Below, in pieces: positions 47,243-57,025 of a stretch of DNA of 64,000 nucleotides; within the stretch, counting starts at the first letter, position 1, and every line of letters begins with the position of its first letter. The DNA is from Candidatus Latescibacterota bacterium (GTDB lineage Bacteria > Latescibacterota > UBA2968 > GCA-2709665). A program made the position numbers and the translations under genes. A model generated the notes under the pieces. That model had not been told where the DNA came from, did no database searches, and saw only the letters and a list, made by a program, of their open reading frames with translations. The stretch covers positions 2,880,001-2,944,000 of the forward strand of contig OZ242180.1 of NCBI GenBank assembly GCA_965205485.1, in the 5' to 3' direction.

Positions 47243-48067
47243 TCAAACGACGAACGACTTCAGAAATCTTGCGGATCGGGCCGCGGCTTCGTCCGGGGTC
47301 AGGCGCCCGCCGAACGCCTGGTGCACGGTGACGTACCCGCTGTAGGAGATGGCGCGCAGCCCCTCGAAGACCCTGCCGAAGTCGATGCCCCCGGCGGCAT
47401 CGAGGGGACGCAGGATGGACATTACGGTACCATTGGCCCAGGTGGTCATCGGCATGTCGCCATCGGGGTGGGGCGCGTGGTTCTGCACGTAGACATTGAA
47501 CAGGTACGGCTGAAATTTCCGAAGCGTTTCCGGCCCGTAATCTTCTCCGCAGAGGGCGAGATTGGCGGGCTCGTAGATCAATCCGAAGTTGGATCTGCCA
47601 ATTCGTCCAAGGACGTTCAACGAGCCCTCAACGGTCTCGAACAGGCTGAGCGTATGGCTCTGGTGGGCGAGGCGGATATTCCGGTCGGCGGCCTCATCGG
47701 CGGATTCTCGCGCAAAGGGGATGTCGGCCTCGGTCTTGATGCAAACGCGGATCAGATTGGATCCGAGGGCCTGCGCCAGATCGAGGTACGGCGTGATGTT
47801 CCGAAGGCAACCCGGCCCCTCGTCCCCGTTTTCGGGAACGGCAAAATCACCCGTAACCATCGACACCGTGAGGCCTTCCCGCCTCAGAAGCGCGCTGGCG
47901 GAATCCACGGCTTCCGGCGCGCTCCGGACGCCAACAACCGAAGCCCGCATGCACAGCGCTCCAAATCCGGCCCTTCTTGCGATGCCGGCAAGGTCGGGCA
48001 GCGGTATGTCCACGACGCGTTTGTTGCTGAAGCTTTCTGCAACCCGCACGGAAAGCGAGAGTTTCAT
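47243..48067 (-). CDS. Sugar phosphate isomerase/epimerase (xylose isomerase-like TIM barrel)
   Basis: GF.ALCMRAS, LAHQSH, NFGLIYEPANL, GYVTVH. Confidence 0.8.
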   Translation of the reverse strand: MKLSLSVRVAESFSNKRVVDIPLPDLAGIARRAGFGALCMRASVVGVRSAPEAVDSASALLRREGLTVSMVTGDFAVPENGDEGPGCLRNITPYLDLAQALGSNLIRVCIKTEADIPFARESADEAADRNIRLAHQSHTLSLFETVEGSLNVLGRIGRSNFGLIYEPANLALCGEDYGPETLRKFQPYLFNVYVQNHAPHPDGDMPMTTWANGTVMSILRPLDAAGGIDFGRVFEGLRAISYSGYVTVHQAFGGRLTPDEAAARSARFLKSFVV

Positions 48068-48133
48068 CTGATACCCCGTTTAACCTCAATTCGAAACAAG
48101 ACAACTGTCAATTTGGCCACAAAGAGCCAGAAT

Positions 48134-48328
48134 GCGGGTAGAGGGTAGACCAAGAGCGGTGAGACGTAAGCCGGGAGAGGTTAGAGATGTCCTGCCTCGT
48201 GAGGATTCTTTTCGTGCCGAAGGAAGCGAGGGATTAAATATCGGGCGAGGATATCATCTACCGTCTACCCTCTCACCTCTACCCGCCTTTCTTCTACCGT
48301 CTTGCGTCTCCCGTCTTCCTTCTCACGG
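48134..48328. repeat. Heptamer-periodic imperfect inverted repeat between divergent genes
   Basis: GGGTAGA/GGGTAGA/CGGTGAGA units versus TCTACCG/TCTACCC/TCTCACC/TCTACCC units. Confidence 0.6.
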
Positions 48329-48391
48329 ATGCGGGTGTAATTTATCCGCGTAATCTGCCCATGTCAACACGGGATTGACGGAGTATCTGAT

Positions 48392-49693
48392 TTGCTGATG
48401 GCCGGCGCGGCAAAGCGGTGTGTAACCCCGCCCACCTGGGTGCCGTATCTGACCTCGTCCGGGAACGGCACCTGCGAGCCGTTCGACGGCGTTCACGACG
48501 ACCTGTACGCCAGGGCCCTCGTACTCGACGACGGCCGCAGGTCGATTGCGGTGCTGTCGGTGGACGCGGTCGGATACGACAACGCGATTCTCGGCCCGGA
48601 TCGAAACTTCACTTCGGAGTTGCGTTCGCGGATCGCCAGCCGGACAGGGCTTGCGCAGGAAGGCGTGATGCTGACGGCCACCCATTCCCACTCCACGCCC
48701 GAGACGCTGGGGTTGACGCCGTTCCGTGAAACGGAGGGGATTCACGACTGGCTGGAAGGGCACCTCGAGGCGCTGGCGTCCACGGTTACCGAAGCGTGGG
48801 AAAAGCGGACGGCCGTCCGGGCCTACGCCGGGGTGACACAGGTGCCGGGCGTGGCCCGGCATCGGCGAATCCCTCTGAAAGACGGCACACTGAACCGTGC
48901 CGGGGCGTATCCACGGCTCGAGGAGGCGGCCGGATCCTGGGCCGTGGACGAGGCGCTGGCCGTACTGTATTTTGAAGCCGGGAACGGAGAGCCGCTGGCT
49001 GTGATGGTGAATTTTGCCGCGCATCCCGTCGTCGCCATGCTGCTCCCGCCGGTGTCGGCGGATTATCCCGGCACCCTCACGGCTTCCGTGGAAGCGGGCC
49101 TGGATGGCGCAACGTGTCTATTCGTCAACGGGGCGTGCGGCAATGTCAATTCGATCCGTGTAACGACCGGTTTCGATGACGTGTCCTGGATCGGACGAAC
49201 GCTGGGTAGAGCCGCGCTGGAGGTGATCGCCCGTCTGAAAGAGGGCCCTCCGCTGCGTTCTCCCGGGGTGGCTTACGATACGGACGGGCTTGAGCTGGAT
49301 CCGAGGCCCTGTCCGCCGCTGGAAGCGGCTGAGAGAACCGCCGCGCGGAATCCTTCCTTCGAAAACCGCCTGGCGTTGCGGCTTGCGCGCAAACTCGCTG
49401 AGGGTCCGATTCGGGTCGAGGTACAGGCCATGGCGCTGGGCCGCCTGCGCTGGGTCGCGCTCCCCGGGGAGGTGTTCGTCGAGACCGGGCTTGCAGTCAA
49501 ACGGGCCGGCGCCTGGTTCGTAACCGGCAACGCGAACGGATGGGTGGGGTATTTCCCAATCCACAGAGCGTATGAAGAGGGTGGTTACGAAGTGGTTGCC
49601 GGACCCTGGTCGCGGGTCGCGCCCGGGAGTGCCGAACGGATCGAGGCGGTGTGTATCCGGCTGATGGAACGGTTCGCTGCGCAATGCGTTTAA
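48392..49693 (+). CDS. Neutral/alkaline ceramidase-like amidohydrolase
   Basis: GVHDDLYARALVL, ATHSHSTP, NFAAHP, SADYPG, GACGN, LPGE.F, EGGYE. Confidence 0.78.
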   Translation: MLMAGAAKRCVTPPTWVPYLTSSGNGTCEPFDGVHDDLYARALVLDDGRRSIAVLSVDAVGYDNAILGPDRNFTSELRSRIASRTGLAQEGVMLTATHSHSTPETLGLTPFRETEGIHDWLEGHLEALASTVTEAWEKRTAVRAYAGVTQVPGVARHRRIPLKDGTLNRAGAYPRLEEAAGSWAVDEALAVLYFEAGNGEPLAVMVNFAAHPVVAMLLPPVSADYPGTLTASVEAGLDGATCLFVNGACGNVNSIRVTTGFDDVSWIGRTLGRAALEVIARLKEGPPLRSPGVAYDTDGLELDPRPCPPLEAAERTAARNPSFENRLALRLARKLAEGPIRVEVQAMALGRLRWVALPGEVFVETGLAVKRAGAWFVTGNANGWVGYFPIHRAYEEGGYEVVAGPWSRVAPGSAERIEAVCIRLMERFAAQCV

Positions 49694-49759
49694 GAAAAGC
49701 GAAAATTACCCTTGTCGGGGAATCTGGCTTTCGTATATTGCTGAGCACATTCCGGGGAA

Positions 49760-50452
49760 ATGAGAATCCGGAGGATGGAGATGGTCGAAGTCAAGATCGA
49801 CATCGAGCGCACGTTGAACGCGCTGCGGCCTGTTCAGGTTTCGCAGCCGCGTATGGTCTGGCTTTGCAACAGCGAGCACAACGTTTTGCTGCCGATCGTA
49901 ATCGGACTGATGGAGGCCAGCGCCATCTACGCCGAACTGACGAACGAGCGCCCGCCTCGCCCGCTCACTCACGACCTGGTCCGGTCCATTCTGGGCCAGC
50001 TCGACACCACAATAGAAGGCGTCTACATTGTGGCATTGAAGAAAGGTATCTTCTACGCGGAACTGGCGCTCGCACGCGGCGCCAGGCGCTGGCGGGTCGA
50101 CGCCCGGCCGAGCGATTGCGTTGCCCTGGCGCTTCGTTACGAAGCGGCGATATATGTATCGGAAGCCGTTCTCACCGAAGCCGGACACGAAGACCGCCCC
50201 GAAGTTGGCGCTGAGGAGCCGGAATCGATCGAAGCCCTGGCGCCGCCCCAGTTTGTCGAGGACAAGGAAGAAGCCGTCATGACGGTCGCGGAGGTTCCCA
50301 GGAGCGGGACAGCCGATGCCGGAGACCCTGTCGAGACCCGGATCAACGATCTCCGACGCAAGATGGAACAGGCCAGCCGGCAGGAGCGGTATGAAGAGGC
50401 CGGCAGGCTGCGGGATGAAATCGACCGGTTGAAGAACAGCCGGGAGGCATGA
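49760..50452 (+). CDS. Bifunctional nuclease (DUF151) family protein with C-terminal UvrB/UvrC coiled-coil motif
   Basis: LPIVIG..EA, PPRPLTHDL, DARPSD..ALALR; ERYEEAGRLRDEI. Confidence 0.9.
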   Translation: MRIRRMEMVEVKIDIERTLNALRPVQVSQPRMVWLCNSEHNVLLPIVIGLMEASAIYAELTNERPPRPLTHDLVRSILGQLDTTIEGVYIVALKKGIFYAELALARGARRWRVDARPSDCVALALRYEAAIYVSEAVLTEAGHEDRPEVGAEEPESIEALAPPQFVEDKEEAVMTVAEVPRSGTADAGDPVETRINDLRRKMEQASRQERYEEAGRLRDEIDRLKNSREA

Positions 50453-50736
50453 AGAGGCCGTACACGAAACGGGCGGATGAGCGTCGTTCTCATCCGCCCG
50501 TTTCGTGTACGATACCCGCAGCCCGCATTACATCAGCCACGCCTGTTTTGTTCCCATTGCTCAAGAACCTGACCGGATCGGGCGAGGGCCCATATCCGGC
50601 GTTTTTCATGTTGACAGGGGTTCCATCCTGTACATTTATGAGAAAATCAGGCCGATGAACGGGGGTGCATCGGCCGCGGTATCCATGACGCGGTTTCCAT
50701 CGAATTAAACTCCCCAAATTCAGAAGGAGACACACG

Positions 50737-51171
50737 ATGGCAGGCACGATTCCCCTTATCAGTTCCGGTGTTGCGGGGCCTCTCGGCGCCATCCACCTCC
50801 CCAGGTTGTGGTTGAAGCTGACGCTTTCCGCGAAGGGCCAGCTGGCGGACGACTATCCCGAATGCGGCGCCGGTTACGACCAGATGGTGCTCGACGGATT
50901 GAAAGTCGATCGGGATGCGGCGGTTGACTACGTAAAAGGCAACCTGCCGACGTATATCGAATTTGAGAACTGGGTGGTGAGCCAGCGCGGCGGCAGCATC
51001 CCGCAGGACGAGATCGACGCATCCAATGCGGCTATTCTCGGGTATCACCACGACGACGAAACGCGCGGCTCGATTCTGTCGGCGGCCGGGGTGGCGGACG
51101 ACGGGTCGATCCTGGATGCGGTGAATCTGAACAATCTGGACGATTGGACCGAATTCCACGATAGCCTGTAG
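50737..51171 (+). CDS. DUF5069-like conserved protein
   Basis: GPLG..HLPRLW.K, G.L..DY..CG.GYD, LNNLDDW..FH; AAGGAG RBS. Confidence 0.65.
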   Translation: MAGTIPLISSGVAGPLGAIHLPRLWLKLTLSAKGQLADDYPECGAGYDQMVLDGLKVDRDAAVDYVKGNLPTYIEFENWVVSQRGGSIPQDEIDASNAAILGYHHDDETRGSILSAAGVADDGSILDAVNLNNLDDWTEFHDSL

Positions 51172-51259
51172 CTTGTTCCGTACGGAGCGTTCGACCGCTG
51201 GCCGCGCGTGCAGGGAAGCCGGTAGTTGAACGCTCTTTCTTTGTATGCCGGAGGGTCGC

Positions 51260-52150
51260 ATGGAGACTTCTGATTTCAAAATCGGCGTGGTGGGTGTGGG
51301 GCGTATGGGCGCGAATATAGCAAGGCATCTCAAGGACGACGGATTTGTCGTAACATCAGTTTACGATGTCCGATCGGATGCCGCGGCCGAACTGGCGCGT
51401 GAACTCGGGTGTGAGGCATCCGGCTCGCTGGCGTGCGTGACTGCAGCCGCGGATCAGATCATTACGGTCGTCACGGACGACGAAGCGATGCGTGCGGTAT
51501 TTTCAACCGAGGGCGACAGCCTGCTTTGCGGCGCGGACGGAAGGGTCTTCATCAATTGCGCAACCATTGCCCCGCAGGTCCACGTCGACGTCCAGGCGCT
51601 GGCTGAGGCGGCGGGTGCAAGAAGCCTTGAAGGGTGTATGGCAAGCAGTATCACACAGGCCCGGGAAGGCACGCTCTATCTCATGTGCGGCGGCAGGAAG
51701 GAAGTCTTCGACGACATGCGCCCGATTCTGGACTCGATGAGCACGGATTTGAAGTACATCGGCCAGGCCGGACAGGCGGCGCAGGTCAAGGCGCTCGTCA
51801 ATATGGTCATGAACATCAATACGGCAAGCCTCGCGGAGGGGCTCGGGCTGGGGGCGGCCCTGGGTCTCGATCTGGAGATGTTGCAGCAGGTATTCTCGCA
51901 GACGGGCGCCAATTCCCGCGTCCTTGAAACGGACGGGGAGGATATGGTGGCGCGGGACCACGAGTGTTACTTTTCCTCCGCGCACGCCGCGAAGGATTCG
52001 GGCATCGCACTGGACCTGGCCCGGGATGCCGGGCTGAATCTGCCGCTGGCCGACGCGACGAAGAGGCAGTACGACCGGATGATCGAAATCGGCAAGGGCG
52101 AACTGGACAAGTCGGGCGTCGCCGAACTGACGTTTCCTGGCAGAGGATAG
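51260..52150 (+). CDS. NAD(P)-dependent 3-hydroxyisobutyrate dehydrogenase-family oxidoreductase
   Basis: IGVVGVGRMG, K.LVN, HAAKD. Confidence 0.88.
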   Translation: METSDFKIGVVGVGRMGANIARHLKDDGFVVTSVYDVRSDAAAELARELGCEASGSLACVTAAADQIITVVTDDEAMRAVFSTEGDSLLCGADGRVFINCATIAPQVHVDVQALAEAAGARSLEGCMASSITQAREGTLYLMCGGRKEVFDDMRPILDSMSTDLKYIGQAGQAAQVKALVNMVMNINTASLAEGLGLGAALGLDLEMLQQVFSQTGANSRVLETDGEDMVARDHECYFSSAHAAKDSGIALDLARDAGLNLPLADATKRQYDRMIEIGKGELDKSGVAELTFPGRG

Positions 52151-52212
52151 ACCCACCCCGCCCGCGTCCCCACGTACGGGATGGTTTGGAGGCCGAACAT
52201 CCGGCGCCGGGT

Positions 52213-53013
52213 ATGAAAACGGTTCGTTGTCGTTACGTGAAGGAATTCACGAGACTTTCCCTCTGGTACGTGTGGCGCCTGGCGAAGGCCGGAACGGAGC
52301 CCTTCGTCGATGTGGTGAACAAGCGGGTCAACATCTACAGGAACACATCACTCTACGACGGGAAACGCCATCCTTCCGGCGAGGATGTTGGGCCGGAGTG
52401 GGCCGACGTGGTCGGCAGGCTGGCGGCCCTGTACTCGCTGCATGAGTACGACGCGGCAACAGACGGTTTCGAAGAGGAAGGTCTGAACCTGCTGTGGCCC
52501 TTTCTGGAAGCCCGTTTGCAGGCAGCCGACGACGGTCTCTCCGGAGAACGACCCTACGAATGCTGGTCTTACGACTATACGGATTCCGGTCGGTTGAATA
52601 TTCACATCGACAATGTCTACCGGCCTGAATCGCCATTGAGTGAGATGTTCACGCCCTTCGCAGCGTCGCTGATTCGCATGCTCCGGGATTCACGGACGCG
52701 TCGACCCGATATCACGATCGTTCGCTGCAGCAGCTGGATGAATTCAACGCCCCGATTCCGGTCGCTGTTTCCGGCCCGATGGGCGGAAAGCGAGGTAGTG
52801 AATCCCCATATCGGCTATACTATGGGCCACTGGGGGCAGTTCATGGACCGGCGAGGCGACTTTCATGCCGGGAACGGACGTCTGTTTCGCGCCACCGGAA
52901 CGCTGCCTTTCGCGGCCTCGGCCTGCGATTGTGAAATCGCCGAGGCCCTGAGCCATCTGACGACCCGGTTTCCGGAGGCGGTCGAGTTCAACCGCCGGCG
53001 GACTTCGGATTGA
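52213..53013 (+). CDS. Hypothetical protein (possibly GNAT-like C-terminal half)
   Basis: Fills the operon gap on the same strand; LNIHI..PESP and CSSW motifs. Confidence 0.55.
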   Translation: MKTVRCRYVKEFTRLSLWYVWRLAKAGTEPFVDVVNKRVNIYRNTSLYDGKRHPSGEDVGPEWADVVGRLAALYSLHEYDAATDGFEEEGLNLLWPFLEARLQAADDGLSGERPYECWSYDYTDSGRLNIHIDNVYRPESPLSEMFTPFAASLIRMLRDSRTRRPDITIVRCSSWMNSTPRFRSLFPARWAESEVVNPHIGYTMGHWGQFMDRRGDFHAGNGRLFRATGTLPFAASACDCEIAEALSHLTTRFPEAVEFNRRRTSD

Positions 53014-53032
53014 AGCGGGTTTGTGAAACAGG

Positions 53033-54139
53033 ATGAAGATCACCGACATCAAGGTCTACAATCTCCGGTATCCGCTGACAGAGCCGTTCGCGAATTCGAT
53101 TGCCTGGAATACGGCACGGACCGCCGGTGTGATCGAGGTCATCACCGACGCGGGCGTGACGGGTTGGGGCGAAGGGGTCTCGGGTCTGAACGAAACGGCG
53201 TTGCGGGCGAGGCTCGTGGGCCGGGACCCGTTCGACGTCGAAGTCATCTGGAACGACCTCTATCTGCGGGGCGGCGTAGGTTTTTCGGAGCTGAGCGCTG
53301 TGGATATCGCGCTGTGGGATATCGTGGGCAGGGCTCTCGAGATGCCCGTTTACAGACTCCTTGGCGGCGCGTTCCGGGATCGGATTCCGGCATACGCCAG
53401 CGGGTTGTTCCTGCAGCGAAAAGCGGACATGACCCGGGCGCTGTCGGAAGAGGCGGCCTCATACGTGGATATGGGGTTCCGCGCGGTGAAGATGAAGATC
53501 GGGTTCGGCGCGGACTACGATGTCACGAACGCGGGCGCGGTACGAGGGGCGATCGGCGATTCGACTCTGCTCGCCGTGGACGCCAATTGCGGCTACGATA
53601 CCGGCACGGCGATGCACGTGGGGCGCCGGCTGCTCGAGAACGATCTGCTCTGGTTCGAGGAACCGATCTCGACCGACGACGTTTCCGGCTATCGCGAGAT
53701 CCGTCAGGCGCTGGGCGTGCGGGTTGCCGGCGGCGAGGCCCTGCAGGGCAGGTGGGCATTCCGAAACCTGATCCAGGAACGGGGGCTGGATATCGTGCAA
53801 CCGGACATCAGCGACGCGGGCGGGTTTACGGAGTGCAGGAGAGTTGCCGCGCTTGCAAGCGCAAATCACGTGAGGGTGCTGCCTCATATGTGGGGAACCA
53901 GCATCCGCCTGGCCGCTACGATACACTGGCAGGCAACCCTGCCCGACTCGCCGGATACGCTGAATCCGTTTCCATCTCTGTTTGAATTCGATATGACCGA
54001 AAACAGGCTGCGCACTGAACTCGCCAGAGAGCCGATCGTGGCAGTGGACGGGGACGTGCCGGTGTTACAGTGTCCGGGTCTTGGAATCGACATTGACAGA
54101 GAGATACTGGAAGAATACGCTGTTGCAGGAAACATATAG
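53033..54139 (+). CDS. Mandelate racemase/MLE family enzyme (galactarolactone cycloisomerase-like)
   Basis: TD.G.TGWGE, DIALWDI.G, KMKIGFG, VDAN, WFEEP, GGE, QPD, PHMWG. Confidence 0.88.
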   Translation: MKITDIKVYNLRYPLTEPFANSIAWNTARTAGVIEVITDAGVTGWGEGVSGLNETALRARLVGRDPFDVEVIWNDLYLRGGVGFSELSAVDIALWDIVGRALEMPVYRLLGGAFRDRIPAYASGLFLQRKADMTRALSEEAASYVDMGFRAVKMKIGFGADYDVTNAGAVRGAIGDSTLLAVDANCGYDTGTAMHVGRRLLENDLLWFEEPISTDDVSGYREIRQALGVRVAGGEALQGRWAFRNLIQERGLDIVQPDISDAGGFTECRRVAALASANHVRVLPHMWGTSIRLAATIHWQATLPDSPDTLNPFPSLFEFDMTENRLRTELAREPIVAVDGDVPVLQCPGLGIDIDREILEEYAVAGNI

Positions 54140-54194
54140 CCGACGGTGCGCAAGGCTCGGCAGGTTTGTCAGTTTAATATTCAAGGAGGGTCGT

Positions 54195-55448
54195 TTGGTA
54201 ACAGGCACGAGGAAGTCCGATCTGGCGGTTCACGGCGGCCGGCCGGTACACAGCAAGCCGTGGCGTTCGGGAGCGTTTCACTTCAGGGAGGAACTGGCTG
54301 CGCTGGAAAAGCTGCTTTCCGGCCCGGCGCTGCCGCTGGCTCGCGGCAAGGCCGTCATGGCCTATCGCGAGGGTTTGCAGAAGCTCTACGGGTTGCCGTA
54401 CGCCGTACCCACGAGTTCCGGGAGCGCGGCCATCCACGTCGCGCTGGCTGCTGCCGGCATTGGTGCTGGCGACGAGGTCATATTAAGCCCCCTGACCGAC
54501 TACGGCAGCATTATGGGGATTTTTCAGTTGAACGCGATACCTGTCTTTGCAGACGTGCAGCGGGACGGTCTTCTGATGGACGTGGCCTCGATGGAGGCGG
54601 TGGTCACGCCGTTCACCCGGGCGATTATGCCAATACATAACGGTGGGTACGCGGTGGATATGCCCGCGGTCATGAGGGTGGCACGCAGACATCGATTGAT
54701 GGTCGTCGAAGATTGCGCGCAGGCGCATCTCGCGTCCATCAAGGGCAGGTATCTTGGCACGTTCGGACAGCTCGGCGCGTGGAGTACAAACGAAAGCAAA
54801 CACATGAAGTCCGGCGAAGGAGGGTTCGTCCTGACCCGAAGCCGCAAACTTGCGGAAACAGCGGATCTGTTTTCCGACAAATGCTATCCGAGGTTCCCCG
54901 GCGCGCCGGCGACGCCCGCCTTCCCAGCGTTGAACGTGCGATTGAGCGACGTCAACGCCGCACTGGCATCGGTACAACTCAAGCGGGTACCGGGGTGGAT
55001 CGCCAGACGCCAGGCGTTCGGCGAGAGGTTCGATTCGGGGATTGCGGGGTTGCCGGGCGTCAAGCCGCATCCACAGCCGCCGGGGGCGAAGCCCAGTTAC
55101 TGGTGGGCGCTGTTTTCGGTAGATCCGGAGGTGCTCGGGGTGAATGCAGGGGAGTTTTGCCGGATGGTCGCGGCGGAAGGCATTCCGGCATTCGCGAAAC
55201 CTCAGCAGTACGTCATTGAATGGCAGGTCTTCCGGAGGCTGCACAGGGACCCCGCGGCGTTCAACAGCTACAGGCCCGGCCGGCTGGAAAATAAGGCGTA
55301 TCCGCTCGAGACGTGCCCGAACGCAAGGACCTGTGGAGAACGCGTCGGCGCGGTCCGGATGACCCAGCACAATACCGTGGGCGAAGCGAACGCCGCTGTC
55401 CGGGCGGTGCGAAAGGTCACGGAGGCGTTGTTGGGGCAACGGGTATGA
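54195..55448 (+). CDS. DegT/DnrJ/EryC1/StrS-family PLP aminotransferase
   Basis: SGSAAIH.AL, GDEVI, VEDCAQAH, S.N.SKHM.SGEGG; AAGGAGG RBS. Confidence 0.9.
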   Translation: MVTGTRKSDLAVHGGRPVHSKPWRSGAFHFREELAALEKLLSGPALPLARGKAVMAYREGLQKLYGLPYAVPTSSGSAAIHVALAAAGIGAGDEVILSPLTDYGSIMGIFQLNAIPVFADVQRDGLLMDVASMEAVVTPFTRAIMPIHNGGYAVDMPAVMRVARRHRLMVVEDCAQAHLASIKGRYLGTFGQLGAWSTNESKHMKSGEGGFVLTRSRKLAETADLFSDKCYPRFPGAPATPAFPALNVRLSDVNAALASVQLKRVPGWIARRQAFGERFDSGIAGLPGVKPHPQPPGAKPSYWWALFSVDPEVLGVNAGEFCRMVAAEGIPAFAKPQQYVIEWQVFRRLHRDPAAFNSYRPGRLENKAYPLETCPNARTCGERVGAVRMTQHNTVGEANAAVRAVRKVTEALLGQRV

Positions 55449-55524
55449 CAGTGCGTACACCGGCGGTTCCCGGATGAACGCCATCCGCGGCGGCGCCGTG
55501 TTCTGCCATTTTCTGGAGGGTCGG

Positions 55525-56094
55525 ATGGATGTACTGGATGTGTTGAAGGCGCGGCGCACGATCTTCAAGTTCAACTCGAGGCCCGTTTCCGGCGAGATGC
55601 TGAAACGCATTTTTGAGTTCGGTTTGTGGGCGCCGAATCACCATGTCACGGAGCCGTGGCGTTTTGTCGTCCTGGGCGAGCGCACGAAAGAAGCGCTTGG
55701 GCGACGATATGCGGACATCCAGGAAGCCAAGGCACCGGACCATGCCGACGGCGAAAGCCGAAGGAAGCTGTGGCAGGCGGGTTACGACAAGTTTATGTCC
55801 AAACCCTCAATCGTCGCCGTGTCCTGCGTCCAGGAAGGAGATGAACAGCAGCGGCGGGAGGACTATGCGGCGGTCTGCTGCGCGATGCAGAACGTGCAGC
55901 TCGCGGCATGGGAACTGGGCGTGGGCATGCAGTGGAGCACCGGTCCCATTACCATGCAAAAGGATACCTACGAATTGCTCGGCGTGGATCAGGACCGTGA
56001 GTATATCATCGGTTTCTTCTACACGGGGTATCCGCGCGAGATCCCGAAACCCAGGCGAAAGCCGCTGGAAGACGTGATGCGCTGGACGGCGTAA
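55525..56094 (+). CDS. Nitroreductase (YdjA-like)
   Basis: RRTI.KF, WAPNHHVTEPWRF, QN.QLAAW..G.G..WSTG. Confidence 0.9.
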   Translation: MDVLDVLKARRTIFKFNSRPVSGEMLKRIFEFGLWAPNHHVTEPWRFVVLGERTKEALGRRYADIQEAKAPDHADGESRRKLWQAGYDKFMSKPSIVAVSCVQEGDEQQRREDYAAVCCAMQNVQLAAWELGVGMQWSTGPITMQKDTYELLGVDQDREYIIGFFYTGYPREIPKPRRKPLEDVMRWTA

Positions 56095-56101
56095 CAGCCC
56101 T

Positions 56102-57007
56102 TCATTCCGCGCCGGCCGTACGGGCCTGTACGCCGGCCAGGTCTTCGACGACGGTCAACAGTCCGGAGTGATCCAGTTCGCCCCGGTCCCTGGCCATCGC
56201 CAGGTTGAACAGTTCGTGAACGATGCTCGTAACCGGCAGCGGCACATTGTAGTCGCTGCCGGTTTTCATGATGATGTTGAGGTCCTTGTAGTGAAGCCGG
56301 ATGCGGAAGCCGGGGTCGAAGTCGCCGTTGACCATGCGCTCTCCCCGGTTTTCGAGTACGCCGCACCGCGCGAGACCCCCGCTCAGGACCCGCACGATGT
56401 TGGCCGGGTCGACGCCCGCCCTGGCGCCGAGCGTCAACGCTTCCGACACGCCGGCGATGGTTACGGCAACCAGCACCTGGTTGCAGGCCTTCACGGTCTG
56501 ACCGGCGCCGAGGGGCCCGCACATTACGATATTCTGACCCATCGCCGCGAAGATCGGCTGTACTGAGTCGAATACATCCTCGTCGCCGCCGACCATGATG
56601 GAAAGGGTGGCATTCTCCGCTCCGATATCGCCTCCGCTTACCGGCGCATCCAGGCAGCGAACGCCTTTTTCAGCCATCGCCCGGCCCACGTCCTGAGAAA
56701 CGGTGGGCGCGATGGTGCTCATATCGATGTAGATGTCGTCCCGGCTCACGCCTTCGATGATGCCGCCGGGTCCGAGAGCGACTTCCTCCACATCCGGAGA
56801 GTCGGGCAACATCGTGATGATGACGTCGCTGTTTTCGGCGACTTCCCTGGGAGAACGGGCTTCGCTGGCGCCGGCGTCAGTCAGTTCGGCCACGGGTTCC
56901 CGGCTTCGGTTGTGCACAACCACCTCGTAACCGGCTGCGAGCAGGTGTTTGGACATGGGTTTTCCCATAATCCCGAGTCCAATGAATCCGATCCTGGGTC
57001 TGGACAT
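56102..57007 (-). CDS. 2-hydroxy-3-oxopropionate (tartronate semialdehyde) reductase family
   Basis: IGFIGLGIMG.PM, ITMLPDSPDVE, DAPVSGG, GAGQTVKACNQ, PGFRI.LH.KDL. Confidence 0.88.
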   Translation of the reverse strand: MSRPRIGFIGLGIMGKPMSKHLLAAGYEVVVHNRSREPVAELTDAGASEARSPREVAENSDVIITMLPDSPDVEEVALGPGGIIEGVSRDDIYIDMSTIAPTVSQDVGRAMAEKGVRCLDAPVSGGDIGAENATLSIMVGGDEDVFDSVQPIFAAMGQNIVMCGPLGAGQTVKACNQVLVAVTIAGVSEALTLGARAGVDPANIVRVLSGGLARCGVLENRGERMVNGDFDPGFRIRLHYKDLNIIMKTGSDYNVPLPVTSIVHELFNLAMARDRGELDHSGLLTVVEDLAGVQARTAGAE

Positions 57008-57025
57008 TGATACGGCTCCTTTCAC

